Shown here piece after piece: positions 56,179 through 64,000 of a stretch of 64,000 nucleotides of DNA. Source of the stretch: an uncultured Candidatus Saccharibacteria bacterium. Its GTDB lineage: Bacteria > Patescibacteriota > Saccharimonadia > Saccharimonadales > JALRHH01. The DNA is taken from assembly GCA_964638875.1 (NCBI GenBank), contig CAZXBL010000001.1, positions 489 to 64,488 on the forward strand, given 5' to 3'. The position numbers and the translations under genes are program-made. A model generated the notes under the pieces. The model worked only from the letters and a program-made list of their open reading frames with translations, did no database searches and was not told the origin of the DNA. Within the stretch, counting starts at the first letter, position 1. Each line of letters starts with the position of its first letter.

Positions 56179-57072
56179 CTACGGCAGGTGTTGCCCTCCG
56201 GTCACACCGATGATTTCACCAGTTACAAAGCTTGATTCCTGAGAAGCCAAATAAACGTAAGCAGGGGCTAACTCCGCGGGCTGCCCGGCACGACCAAGCG
56301 GCGTCTGTTCGCCAAATTTGACCAGTTTTTCCATCGGTTGACCGTAGCTTGGTTGCAGCGGTGTCCAGATAGGACCAGGTGCAACACCATTTACGCGAAT
56401 TCCCTTAGGCGCGAGTTGTTTTCCAAGCCCGTGTGTAAAATTAGCAATTGCAGCCTTGGTACTAGCGTAGTCCAGCAAACCCTCAGAGGGTTGGTAAGCC
56501 TGAATCGAGGTAGTGTTGATAATACTAGCACCTTTTGGCATGTGCGGCAGAGCAGCTTTAACCAACCAAAACATCGCCATAATATTAGTTTTGAAGGTTG
56601 ATTCAATCTGCTCGTTGCTAAGTTCTAATATGTCTTCGCAGAATAATTGGCGGCCTGCGTTGTTTACCAAAATATCCAGTCCACCGAGTGCCTTAACGGC
56701 AGAATCTACTAGTTGTTCACAGAATTTGGGGTCACTGATATCCCCAGGACAAGCGGCAACAGTGCATTCTTCTTGCTCAATAAGTTTTATAATTGATTGC
56801 GCATCTTCCTCTTCTGACGGCAGATAGTTCATAACAATATCAGCGCCTTCTCGGGCATAGGCAATAGCTACTGCCGCACCAATGCCAGAGTCTGCCCCTG
56901 TGATCAGTGCTTTACGTCCCTGTAGCCTGCCATGCCCTACATAGGTTTCTTCGCCGTGGTCTGCCTGAGGCTGAAGTTTTGCGTCGAGCCCAGGTTCATC
57001 CTGGCGTTGTTCTGGTATCTTGAGTTTTGGGTACTGAGTTACCGGGTCCTGCATAGTAAACTGGTCTGCCAT
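56179..57072 (-). CDS. SDR-family NAD(P)-dependent oxidoreductase (general-stress-protein-39 / YghA-like)
   Basis: [12 protein letters not shown] Rossmann motif, and the NAG and YxxxK catalytic motifs. Confidence 0.9.
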   Translation of the reverse strand: MADQFTMQDPVTQYPKLKIPEQRQDEPGLDAKLQPQADHGEETYVGHGRLQGRKALITGADSGIGAAVAIAYAREGADIVMNYLPSEEEDAQSIIKLIEQEECTVAACPGDISDPKFCEQLVDSAVKALGGLDILVNNAGRQLFCEDILELSNEQIESTFKTNIMAMFWLVKAALPHMPKGASIINTTSIQAYQPSEGLLDYASTKAAIANFTHGLGKQLAPKGIRVNGVAPGPIWTPLQPSYGQPMEKLVKFGEQTPLGRAGQPAELAPAYVYLASQESSFVTGEIIGVTGGQHLP

Positions 57073-57157
57073 AACAGCCTCCTGTATTTACAATTTCTAG
57101 GTAATCAATATTATTAAATAACCCAGGATCTGTGGCTGTTAGATATGGTACAGATTC

Positions 57158-57628
57158 TTACTCGACTCGACGAGCGAAGTATTCGCTCGTTTCTCTCATA
57201 AATATTTCGGCAGTTTTTGGTCCGACACCGTATAGTTTTTGCAAACGTTTAGACAGCTCATCCTCATCTTCGCTCAACTCAATCATTAACATGAGCGAGC
57301 CATCGTAGTCATTAACCAGCTGCTGCATACAGGTTTTCAACGCACGTGTCATGACGTGCTGATACCTTGTATACCCACCCTGTCTTAATAGCGCGGTAAG
57401 CTTGCGGTCTTTTAAATCCAATATTGCCCACGGAAAATCAAGCTTACCATTCAAAAACATTTTCCAGGTCTTAACTGCAACAGATGATTGGATCGGCTTG
57501 CCAAGCAGGAATGTAAGCAAAAACCATCTAAACAAATCACTGTCGTTGTCCATTACATCCAAATCAAAGTCCTCCGCATGATGTACGGGTTTAAGGCGTT
57601 TATTTACTTTTGAGTTCAATTTGATCAT
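57158..57628 (-). CDS. Helix-hairpin-helix containing hypothetical protein
   Basis: C-terminal LYGVGPKTAEIFM HhH motif. Confidence 0.45.
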   Translation of the reverse strand: MIKLNSKVNKRLKPVHHAEDFDLDVMDNDSDLFRWFLLTFLLGKPIQSSVAVKTWKMFLNGKLDFPWAILDLKDRKLTALLRQGGYTRYQHVMTRALKTCMQQLVNDYDGSLMLMIELSEDEDELSKRLQKLYGVGPKTAEIFMRETSEYFARRVE

Positions 57629-57650
57629 TAGTTGGAAGACAGGGGTACGT

Positions 57651-58049
57651 TTAGGGTTGCAGCTCTGAGTTATTTAGATTGGTCTGATTAAACTTAGTTA
57701 CATTATGTGGTGGGGACATGAATTTTTCCACAATAACGTAGTTTTCTTTGGATTTGAGTATTTGCTCTATCGAAGGTATATGGTGCCCAGGGAGCAATAA
57801 AAAGTGCTTGTTATCTTTATGGCCCTTATCGTACTCGCTCTTTCTAAGTTTTATACGTGTTTTACATTTTTCATCTGAACATTCACACTGAAACAATATA
57901 TTAGGGTCGGTCTCTGGTAGAAGGTGAGACTGGCTGTCTTCTTCAGCTATTCTTCTCAAATTATCAAAATCTTCGGATACCCTTAGATTAGGTTTACGGC
58001 TCATTACTTCGTTCTCTACAAGCCTACGTTCAGATACAGAGTCTGGCAT
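57651..58049 (-). CDS. Hypothetical protein with CxC...C cluster
   Basis: The ORF has no assignable domain. Confidence 0.45.
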   Translation of the reverse strand: MPDSVSERRLVENEVMSRKPNLRVSEDFDNLRRIAEEDSQSHLLPETDPNILFQCECSDEKCKTRIKLRKSEYDKGHKDNKHFLLLPGHHIPSIEQILKSKENYVIVEKFMSPPHNVTKFNQTNLNNSELQP

Positions 58050-58154
58050 ACAATACTCCTATAACAGTATAGTTATCATTATCAATGCAATTAGCTGGAT
58101 TACTGTTAAGTAATTAACCACTCTATAATTTCTACCCTTATTTAAAAAGTGTTT

Positions 58155-58181
58155 CTAGCACTCTTGACATAGGAGTGCCAA
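58155..58181 (+). promoter_or_regulatory. CIRCE-like inverted repeat (HrcA operator) overlapping a TTGACA -35 box upstream of hsp20
   Basis: CTAGCACTC-N9-GAGTGCCAA against consensus TTAGCACTC-N9-GAGTGCTAA, one mismatch per arm. TTGACA sits inside the spacer, with TATATA 17 nt downstream. Confidence 0.7.
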
Positions 58182-58356
58182 TTTGATATATAAGAATTAG
58201 GGCAATGGTACAGCCCTGAATCAAGAAGCTTAATGTCTGTCGTTTCTCTGTTAACATACGTGTTATCGGGGTTGAGAGATGCATTAAAACCCTTAACCTC
58301 TAGGTGCATCACTCCGATCAAGTAGTTAATAAGAGCGATAAGAAAGGAGGATAATT

Positions 58357-58836
58357 ATGTTTGATTTAGTACGTCGTCCAAGCACAAATTTGGGATTATC
58401 CACTTTTGAGGAGATGGATAAACTACTGGATAGTTTTTGGCGTTCTGCGGGCCTACCGATGAGTTCGATAAGCTTGCCCTCAATAGATATCTATAGCGAG
58501 GATGACAAACACATGGTTGTTGAAATGCCCGCCCCAGGTTTCGACACGAATGACATCGATTTGAATATTAGAGATGGAGTTCTGGAAATTAAGGGTCAAA
58601 AGCGGGAGACAACCAAGCAGAAAGAAGGTGATCGTAACTATATCGTCAGGGAAAGCAACGCTAGCTTTGCCCGCCGCGTCGTGCTCCCAGAGGGTGCTGA
58701 CGCGGATAACATATCTGCAGAGCTGGATAAAGGCTTACTAAAAGTAACTGTTCCTGTTAACCGCCCTGAGGCGAAGCGGGTCCAGATAACTACTGGTAAA
58801 AGCAGCAGCTCCAAAAGGCTATCCGCCAGTACCTAA
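58357..58836 (+). CDS. Hsp20/alpha-crystallin family small heat-shock protein
   Basis: Alpha-crystallin domain (DIYSEDDKHMVVEMPAPGF...LENGVLEIKGQK...ARRVVLPEGAD...KGLLKVTVP), SD AAGGAGG. Confidence 0.9.
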   Translation: MFDLVRRPSTNLGLSTFEEMDKLLDSFWRSAGLPMSSISLPSIDIYSEDDKHMVVEMPAPGFDTNDIDLNIRDGVLEIKGQKRETTKQKEGDRNYIVRESNASFARRVVLPEGADADNISAELDKGLLKVTVPVNRPEAKRVQITTGKSSSSKRLSAST

Positions 58837-58869
58837 ACACACCCTAAAAAGGTCTGGGGCTTAAATAAG

Positions 58870-60081
58870 TCACAGACTTTTTGCAAGTGACTGCAGCGCG
58901 ACAACAAAGGCTGCTTCTTTTAGGCTTATATTTTTCTGCTGCGCCAGTTCATAAGTCCTACGGACTGCTGGTTTCATGTATTCGGTAAGTTTTTGGTTTA
59001 CCGTATCCTCGCCCCATGACTCTTTTTGCTGATTTTGCACCCATTCTAGATAACTCACCACTACACCACCTGCATTGGCAATAATGTCGGGTAGTAGGAC
59101 GTGACCATTTTTGTGTAATAAGTCGTGCGCTTGTTTTGTGACAGGGCCGTTAGCAATCTCAACGATGTATTTGGCCTTTACGTTTGCGACGTTATCTAAG
59201 GTCACAGTTTCTTCGAAGCCAGCCAGAACCAGCACATCGACATCTAGGCCTAGAAGCTCTTCATTGCTTGTAATGTTGGCAGAATCAGGCAGGTAGTCCT
59301 TAAAGCGTCCACCTTTGGCTTTGTAATCTTGTAAGGTAGCTGCACTGAAACCAGCTTCGTTATAAACTGCAGCCTCAGAGTCGCTAGCAGCGACCAGCTT
59401 CCACTGCGGGTGTCGTTCAGCGGCAACAGTTGCAAAGAAAGAACCAACATTACCAAAGCCTTGAACAGCTACGGTTAATTCTGGGGTTTTTACGCCCTCA
59501 AGGTCCAGTAGCTCTTCCAGTGCTAGCACGCCGCCCCTTCCAGTTGCCGCGTCTCTACCGTGGCTACCGCCATTAGCGATACTTTTGCCGGTAAAACTTG
59601 CGTGGCTAGAGTCGCCAGTGAGTTTTTCGTATTCATCCATCATCCAGTCAATAATTGTGGAGTTGGTATTCACATCAGGGGCGGGGATGTCTTTATCAGG
59701 ACCTATATGGGGGTGTAATCCTGCGGCATATTTTCTGCTTAACTCCTCCAGCTCTTTCTGGTTAAGGTCCCGGGGGTTAACTGCAACGCCACCTTTGCCA
59801 CCACCAAGCGGTAAGCCGACAGCAGCAGTTTTGAGGCTCATGAGGGTTGCCAGTGTTCTTACCTCGTCAAGACTTACATCCTGGTGGAAACGAATACCAC
59901 CTTTGTAAGGACCCAGTTGGTTATTATGCTGGACGCGGTATGCCTTAAAAACTTTGTCGGCAGATAACTCGATATCAAAAATATGCTCTGCATCAGTTTG
60001 CTTAAGCCTATCCATTTCTTTTTCTGATAACTCGAGCTGCTTGGCCGCCGCCTCTATAAATTGATGGGTATCTTCCAGCAC
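58870..60081 (-). CDS. Glu/Leu/Phe/Val-family amino-acid dehydrogenase (probably glutamate dehydrogenase)
   Basis: Catalytic Lys motif LPLGGGKGGV and the C-terminal Rossmann GFGNVG. Confidence 0.85.
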   Translation of the reverse strand: MLEDTHQFIEAAAKQLELSEKEMDRLKQTDAEHIFDIELSADKVFKAYRVQHNNQLGPYKGGIRFHQDVSLDEVRTLATLMSLKTAAVGLPLGGGKGGVAVNPRDLNQKELEELSRKYAAGLHPHIGPDKDIPAPDVNTNSTIIDWMMDEYEKLTGDSSHASFTGKSIANGGSHGRDAATGRGGVLALEELLDLEGVKTPELTVAVQGFGNVGSFFATVAAERHPQWKLVAASDSEAAVYNEAGFSAATLQDYKAKGGRFKDYLPDSANITSNEELLGLDVDVLVLAGFEETVTLDNVANVKAKYIVEIANGPVTKQAHDLLHKNGHVLLPDIIANAGGVVVSYLEWVQNQQKESWGEDTVNQKLTEYMKPAVRRTYELAQQKNISLKEAAFVVALQSLAKSL

Positions 60082-60140
60082 AGTATGTCTCCCGTATATA
60101 CAGCTAGTATACGCTCTTTTGCGAAGCTAGCTTGCTGACC

Positions 60141-61118
60141 TTAAACAGCGTCAGCATATTGATTAAGCATATCTGAAACCTTAGCAGCCCAGTTGTCACT
60201 TTCCCATAAGAAAGTAACTCCTTCTGCTGCAACTGCTCCCAAGGAATGCCTGACATGAACTTCTCGGCCACTATCCACGCCCAGGGCGCTGACAATATCT
60301 ATTGAACCGCCCATTTGCTCGTGCCATAACCGCAACTGCTCCCGGCCAACTTCTTTAGTAGCAGGACCACTCATGCCCCCAGCACCATTCGGAACACTAA
60401 GTATAGGAGTGCCGTCATTATTACTAGCCACCTGGTTAGGGATAGTGTTGGCAGTGACCATAAAGCTAAACACGTTTTTGGCTCGTAGCATCTTTGCTAC
60501 ATCAGGGATAAGCAATTTCTCTTCATCAGTGACGTAGGGTGGAAGTTTTACACCGAGTCGTTGTCCTTCACCAATCTCTGAGGCGAGAGCATCAACCAGC
60601 TCAGCCATACTTTCCAAATCGTAGCCCAAAATAGGCTTTCTGCCGCCACCGTCAGTAACTACATTCGGGCACGATACGTTAAGTTCTACTAAATCTACGC
60701 CTGTTTGCAGGAGCTCGTACGCTAATCTACGAGCTTGCTCAACAGAATTTCCGCTTTCCGGTGACATCGTTGGAGAGCCACTATAAACAACGGGCTTTCC
60801 TTTGTCGTGAGAACGGCTTACTAGGTCAGGGGCAAGAGTAAGTGCTCCTTCTAGCCCAATGTTCGGTAAGCCCATTGAGTTATAGGTTTTGCCTTCAGTG
60901 GCGTCATAGTGGTAAGTTGGGCTGCCAAACTTTGCTTCATTACCTTCTTGGCGTGGAATAGTGAATGAACCCACGGTTATAGCTCCGATACCCGTGCTTG
61001 CCAGCACATCTACTTCACGTAGCATTCTTTCTGCGTAGGGCCCGTTGATAGAACCTGCCGCATTAAGTAATGGTGAGCTTAACTCGACTCCTGCAATAGC
61101 ATACTCTGGACTTCCCAT
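60141..61118 (-). CDS. pyrD: Dihydroorotate dehydrogenase (class 1-like)
   Basis: N-terminal LSSPLLNAAG and a TIM-barrel FMN pattern. It lies next to pyrE and pyrF. Confidence 0.75.
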   Translation of the reverse strand: MGSPEYAIAGVELSSPLLNAAGSINGPYAERMLREVDVLASTGIGAITVGSFTIPRQEGNEAKFGSPTYHYDATEGKTYNSMGLPNIGLEGALTLAPDLVSRSHDKGKPVVYSGSPTMSPESGNSVEQARRLAYELLQTGVDLVELNVSCPNVVTDGGGRKPILGYDLESMAELVDALASEIGEGQRLGVKLPPYVTDEEKLLIPDVAKMLRAKNVFSFMVTANTIPNQVASNNDGTPILSVPNGAGGMSGPATKEVGREQLRLWHEQMGGSIDIVSALGVDSGREVHVRHSLGAVAAEGVTFLWESDNWAAKVSDMLNQYADAV

Positions 61119-61242
61119 ATTACCTCCTGCTAATAACTTAATGAAAAGTATAGCTTTATTAACTAGTCAAAATAAAGTGCTAATGTTTGCAAATAGCAAC
61201 GATAAGCTTCAAAATATGTACAAATCATTTAAGGAGGGGAAT

Positions 61243-61980
61243 ATGGCTGAAACCGGGGAATCACCAGCAGGAAGGTTAGGGGCACAAGCCCTACCAGAAG
61301 ATGATCAACTTAAAATTGCAATGCACTTACATGAGGAAGGGATGTTTGGGGTACACGAAAACCCAGATAACTTCATCACATTAAAAAGTGGGCGCATTTC
61401 TCCACACTACTTGGACATGCGACCTGGCATTTCAAATGTTGTAACACGTGGAATTATAGCCAAAGGATTGCTGGACTTAGCCGGTATTCCAATCGACAGC
61501 GCATCTGGTGAGCATACTGAAGGCCAACTCGATCATATTGTTGGTACCCCAGAAGCCTTTACTTCTTATGCAGCGACTATGGCCGATATATCTGGAGCAA
61601 GTTTATTACAACCTAGAGTCGCTAAGAAGGAGAGTGGCAATAAGACACCAATTCTTGGAAGGTTTAGTCCTGGAGATAGGGTTGCCTTATTTGACGATGT
61701 TGTAACCGACGGGCGGACAAAGATTGACGCGATAGACGGGCTAAAAACAGCAGGTTTAGATGTGAAGGGCTACTTTGTTGTCCTAGACAGACAAGAAGGT
61801 GGTGTCCCCCAAGTATTTGAGGAAACCGAGATACTTATAAGTTCTGCTTTACGTGTATCTGAGCTGGTGAAGATGCTTAGAGCTGAAAATGTATACTCAG
61901 CTACGCAGTTTGATAATGTCAAACAATACCTAGAACAACATGGTGATCCTGATGTTGTGGCATCAATGGGCTCAGCCTAG
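61243..61980 (+). CDS. pyrE: Orotate phosphoribosyltransferase-like type I PRTase
   Basis: PRPP-binding motif VALFDDVVTDGRT. The start is taken at the ATG preceded by AAGGAGGGG, not at 61045, which would overlap pyrD. Confidence 0.65.
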   Translation: MAETGESPAGRLGAQALPEDDQLKIAMHLHEEGMFGVHENPDNFITLKSGRISPHYLDMRPGISNVVTRGIIAKGLLDLAGIPIDSASGEHTEGQLDHIVGTPEAFTSYAATMADISGASLLQPRVAKKESGNKTPILGRFSPGDRVALFDDVVTDGRTKIDAIDGLKTAGLDVKGYFVVLDRQEGGVPQVFEETEILISSALRVSELVKMLRAENVYSATQFDNVKQYLEQHGDPDVVASMGSA

Positions 61981-62028
61981 GACCAAATCTTAAGCCATTC
62001 TTGAATAATTGAATATAAGGAGACCCAT

Positions 62029-62793
62029 ATGTTAAAAGCAAACGTAGCCCAGCTAACCCCTGACCAAAGAATAGTTATTGCTTATGACGGGATGAATTTA
62101 GATGAAGCAGCAACGATGCATACAGAATTTAATGATGCTGGCTTTCGCCCAGTTGCGAAAGCCAATTCTCTTGCAACTAGACCAGGACTCGATGCGGTTG
62201 TGGCTCGATTTAACTTGTTGGGTTCAGAGGTCATGTTCGACCCCAAACACCACGACACAGACGAGACAATGTTTAACTACATTTCCGAGGACGCAGTTGC
62301 AGAACCCGCTCCTCCACTATTAGTTACTTTACATGCCGCAAATGGTAATAGAGCTCTAACTGAAGCTGCTAGGGCCAGGGATGAAACGGTTGGTAGGAAC
62401 GCAAATGTACTTAATCTATTAGGAATCACTGTACTGACCTCGTTGGATGACGATGACGTGGTTAGCATATTCGGAGAAGGTGCCACTGCAGAGTCCAAGT
62501 TCGTTGAATTTGCACACCGTGCACATGAAGCGGGATTACAGGGACTAGTTTCATCAGGAAAAGAATTAGTGAAAGGCTATGAGTTTGAAGAGTTAAACGG
62601 GCTTCTTAGAGTTATCCCTGGTATAAAATTGCCTAACACAGCAGATACAGCTGGTCAAAAGAGGTTGTACACACCTGACAGGGCAATCGACGAAGGAGCA
62701 GATTTTGTTGTTATCGGTAGGGCAATCACTGGTGCTGATTCACCCGTCGCTGCCTTAGAACAAGCTACGAAATTAGTAGATAAAGCCGCCTAA
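62029..62793 (+). CDS. pyrF: Orotidine-5'-phosphate decarboxylase
   Basis: DPKHHDT (D-x-K-x-x-D) catalytic motif and the C-terminal VVIGRAIT. Confidence 0.7.
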   Translation: MLKANVAQLTPDQRIVIAYDGMNLDEAATMHTEFNDAGFRPVAKANSLATRPGLDAVVARFNLLGSEVMFDPKHHDTDETMFNYISEDAVAEPAPPLLVTLHAANGNRALTEAARARDETVGRNANVLNLLGITVLTSLDDDDVVSIFGEGATAESKFVEFAHRAHEAGLQGLVSSGKELVKGYEFEELNGLLRVIPGIKLPNTADTAGQKRLYTPDRAIDEGADFVVIGRAITGADSPVAALEQATKLVDKAA

Positions 62794-62816
62794 TACATAG
62801 TATTCGAATCTGAAGG

Positions 62817-63989
62817 TTAGCTCTTTCGAAATATTACTAAATGAGCACCGTCGTCCTCAGCATAGTAATCTTTGTCTTCTTCAAGGACAGTCATAGAGTA
62901 ACCCAGCCTCTTAATTTCGTCTTGGTGAGAGCTTAACATTGACCACGAAGTTTTATCCTTTGCGTGAAATAAAATCGGCAGCTTTAACTTGTCAGACTTT
63001 CCTAAGATGCTCATGAATACCTCACGACCAATTCCGCTATCTTGATACTCAGGGAGTATGGCAAGGTCATCTATATAAAGCACTTCTTCATTAGGTAGAT
63101 CCCCACCAAAGATACCTAAGTTGTCCTTATAAGCGATCAAGTAGCCAATCTCTTCTTCGGTATCAGGGGTCGTTAATAAATATGAATAATTATCAGGATT
63201 ACTTGTTGCGTTAAAATCCTGGCCTTCATGGGTTGGATCACCTTCTCCGTATACTTTTTGTTCGATCTCATCAATTATTAACTTATCCCTTGGGTTGGCA
63301 GGTATAAACAGTACTTTTTCCGAACTTAAAGGTTGTTCAACCATTACTTTTTGCCTGTGCGCGTCAGAGTATGTACCGAATAGAGGCGTTGAAATTTTTG
63401 AAGTTTCTTTTAGACGTTGGTCATAATGCTCAGTGACATGAACACCAAGATTTACCTGATCAAAATGGCTGACACTCTCTGGTTGTAGGGCAAGATAGTC
63501 GGTAAAGAATTCTGTATAAAGGCCTAGGACTTTATTGCGGTCACGTTCACCAGTCACTTCAATGTTATCAATTACAAGAGTGTTAGGCGCTTCTTCTGGG
63601 TCTGTATAAAGCAACGACTGTGCAACAAGCTTACCCCCTTTGTCATATAGAGCGAAGAAGCTGTATCGAGGGTCGCCGTATCCAGCATCTAGGCACTTAC
63701 GACCAAGCCCAGTAACTGTCATGCAGCAACCACTATCATGACCTATGGTATAGCCACGAGGATCATCTTTTTCTAAAATCTCAGCTTGAAAACCACCACT
63801 TAAAGTAGATTTACGAGAGCTGATAAATGCTTCTGGGTTAAAGATCTCTTTATGAGTCGCCAAGGCATTGATAACAGTACGTGGGTCGTAACAACGTGAA
63901 AGTTCGGACAGATAACCCTTATACGTTTCAAGATCCTCATGGGTCAAATTTGAAGGGGAGACGCCTTCATCCATCATTGAATTTAACAT
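62817..63989 (-). CDS. Hypothetical protein with C-terminal GNAT-like acetyltransferase region (possibly 5'-truncated by the window edge)
   Basis: C-terminal IDDLAILPEYQDSGIGREVFMSIL resembles the GNAT acetyl-CoA-binding motif A. Confidence 0.5.
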   Translation of the reverse strand: MLNSMMDEGVSPSNLTHEDLETYKGYLSELSRCYDPRTVINALATHKEIFNPEAFISSRKSTLSGGFQAEILEKDDPRGYTIGHDSGCCMTVTGLGRKCLDAGYGDPRYSFFALYDKGGKLVAQSLLYTDPEEAPNTLVIDNIEVTGERDRNKVLGLYTEFFTDYLALQPESVSHFDQVNLGVHVTEHYDQRLKETSKISTPLFGTYSDAHRQKVMVEQPLSSEKVLFIPANPRDKLIIDEIEQKVYGEGDPTHEGQDFNATSNPDNYSYLLTTPDTEEEIGYLIAYKDNLGIFGGDLPNEEVLYIDDLAILPEYQDSGIGREVFMSILGKSDKLKLPILFHAKDKTSWSMLSSHQDEIKRLGYSMTVLEEDKDYYAEDDGAHLVIFRKS

Positions 63990-64000
63990 TACAAGGACAG

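Noticed and set aside
1-64000. CRISPR arrays, transposases, integrases, prophage genes
   Set aside because: There is no short regularly spaced direct-repeat array. No DDE, serine or tyrosine recombinase motifs were recognised in any ORF. The only notable DNA repeats are the intragenic 82-nt pair and the tRNA 5' fragment.

Overview
This is a gene-dense (about 90% coding) 64-kb bacterial chromosomal segment with GC around 45-50%. Many short hypothetical, membrane-anchored or low-complexity proteins sit among core genes (glmS, murC, aspS, uppP, nadD, tsaC, dus, pyrDEF). I found no rRNA, CRISPR array, transposase, integrase or phage genes. The style resembles a small-genome lineage such as Saccharibacteria/CPR, but that is inference, not proof.

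The first ~16 kb is a cell-surface polysaccharide locus. It contains four family-1/4 glycosyltransferases, a GDP-mannose branch (a stand-alone type-II PMI cupin, manC and a phosphomannomutase), glmS, a WbaP-like priming sugar transferase, a GtrA-like protein, a LexA-type wHTH protein lacking the peptidase domain, and uppP. Embedded in it is a translationally coupled pair: a small membrane-anchored protein and an 877-aa secreted protein with an N-terminal hydrolase-like domain and four ~135-aa Cys-containing tandem repeats. Two of those repeats are almost identical at the DNA level.

Other points worth follow-up:
- a gene split exactly at an A9 homopolymer, which an A10 tract would fuse into one ~435-aa acidic protein;
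- a tRNA-Met(CAT) whose 5' 14 nt are duplicated ~137 nt upstream;
- a CIRCE/HrcA operator overlapping the hsp20 promoter;
- a probable frameshifted Nudix gene;
- a ~450-nt promoter-to-terminator region with no convincing ORF;
- a MutY-like glycosylase with no Fe-S cysteines;
- an Ala/Gly-rich 11-mer repeat protein;
- an HD-domain plus PIF1-like helicase pair;
- a small ORF with near-consensus promoter and terminator.

I see no obvious canonical defence system. The best candidates for something novel are the repeat-containing secreted hydrolase pair and the LexA-DBD regulator within the envelope locus.
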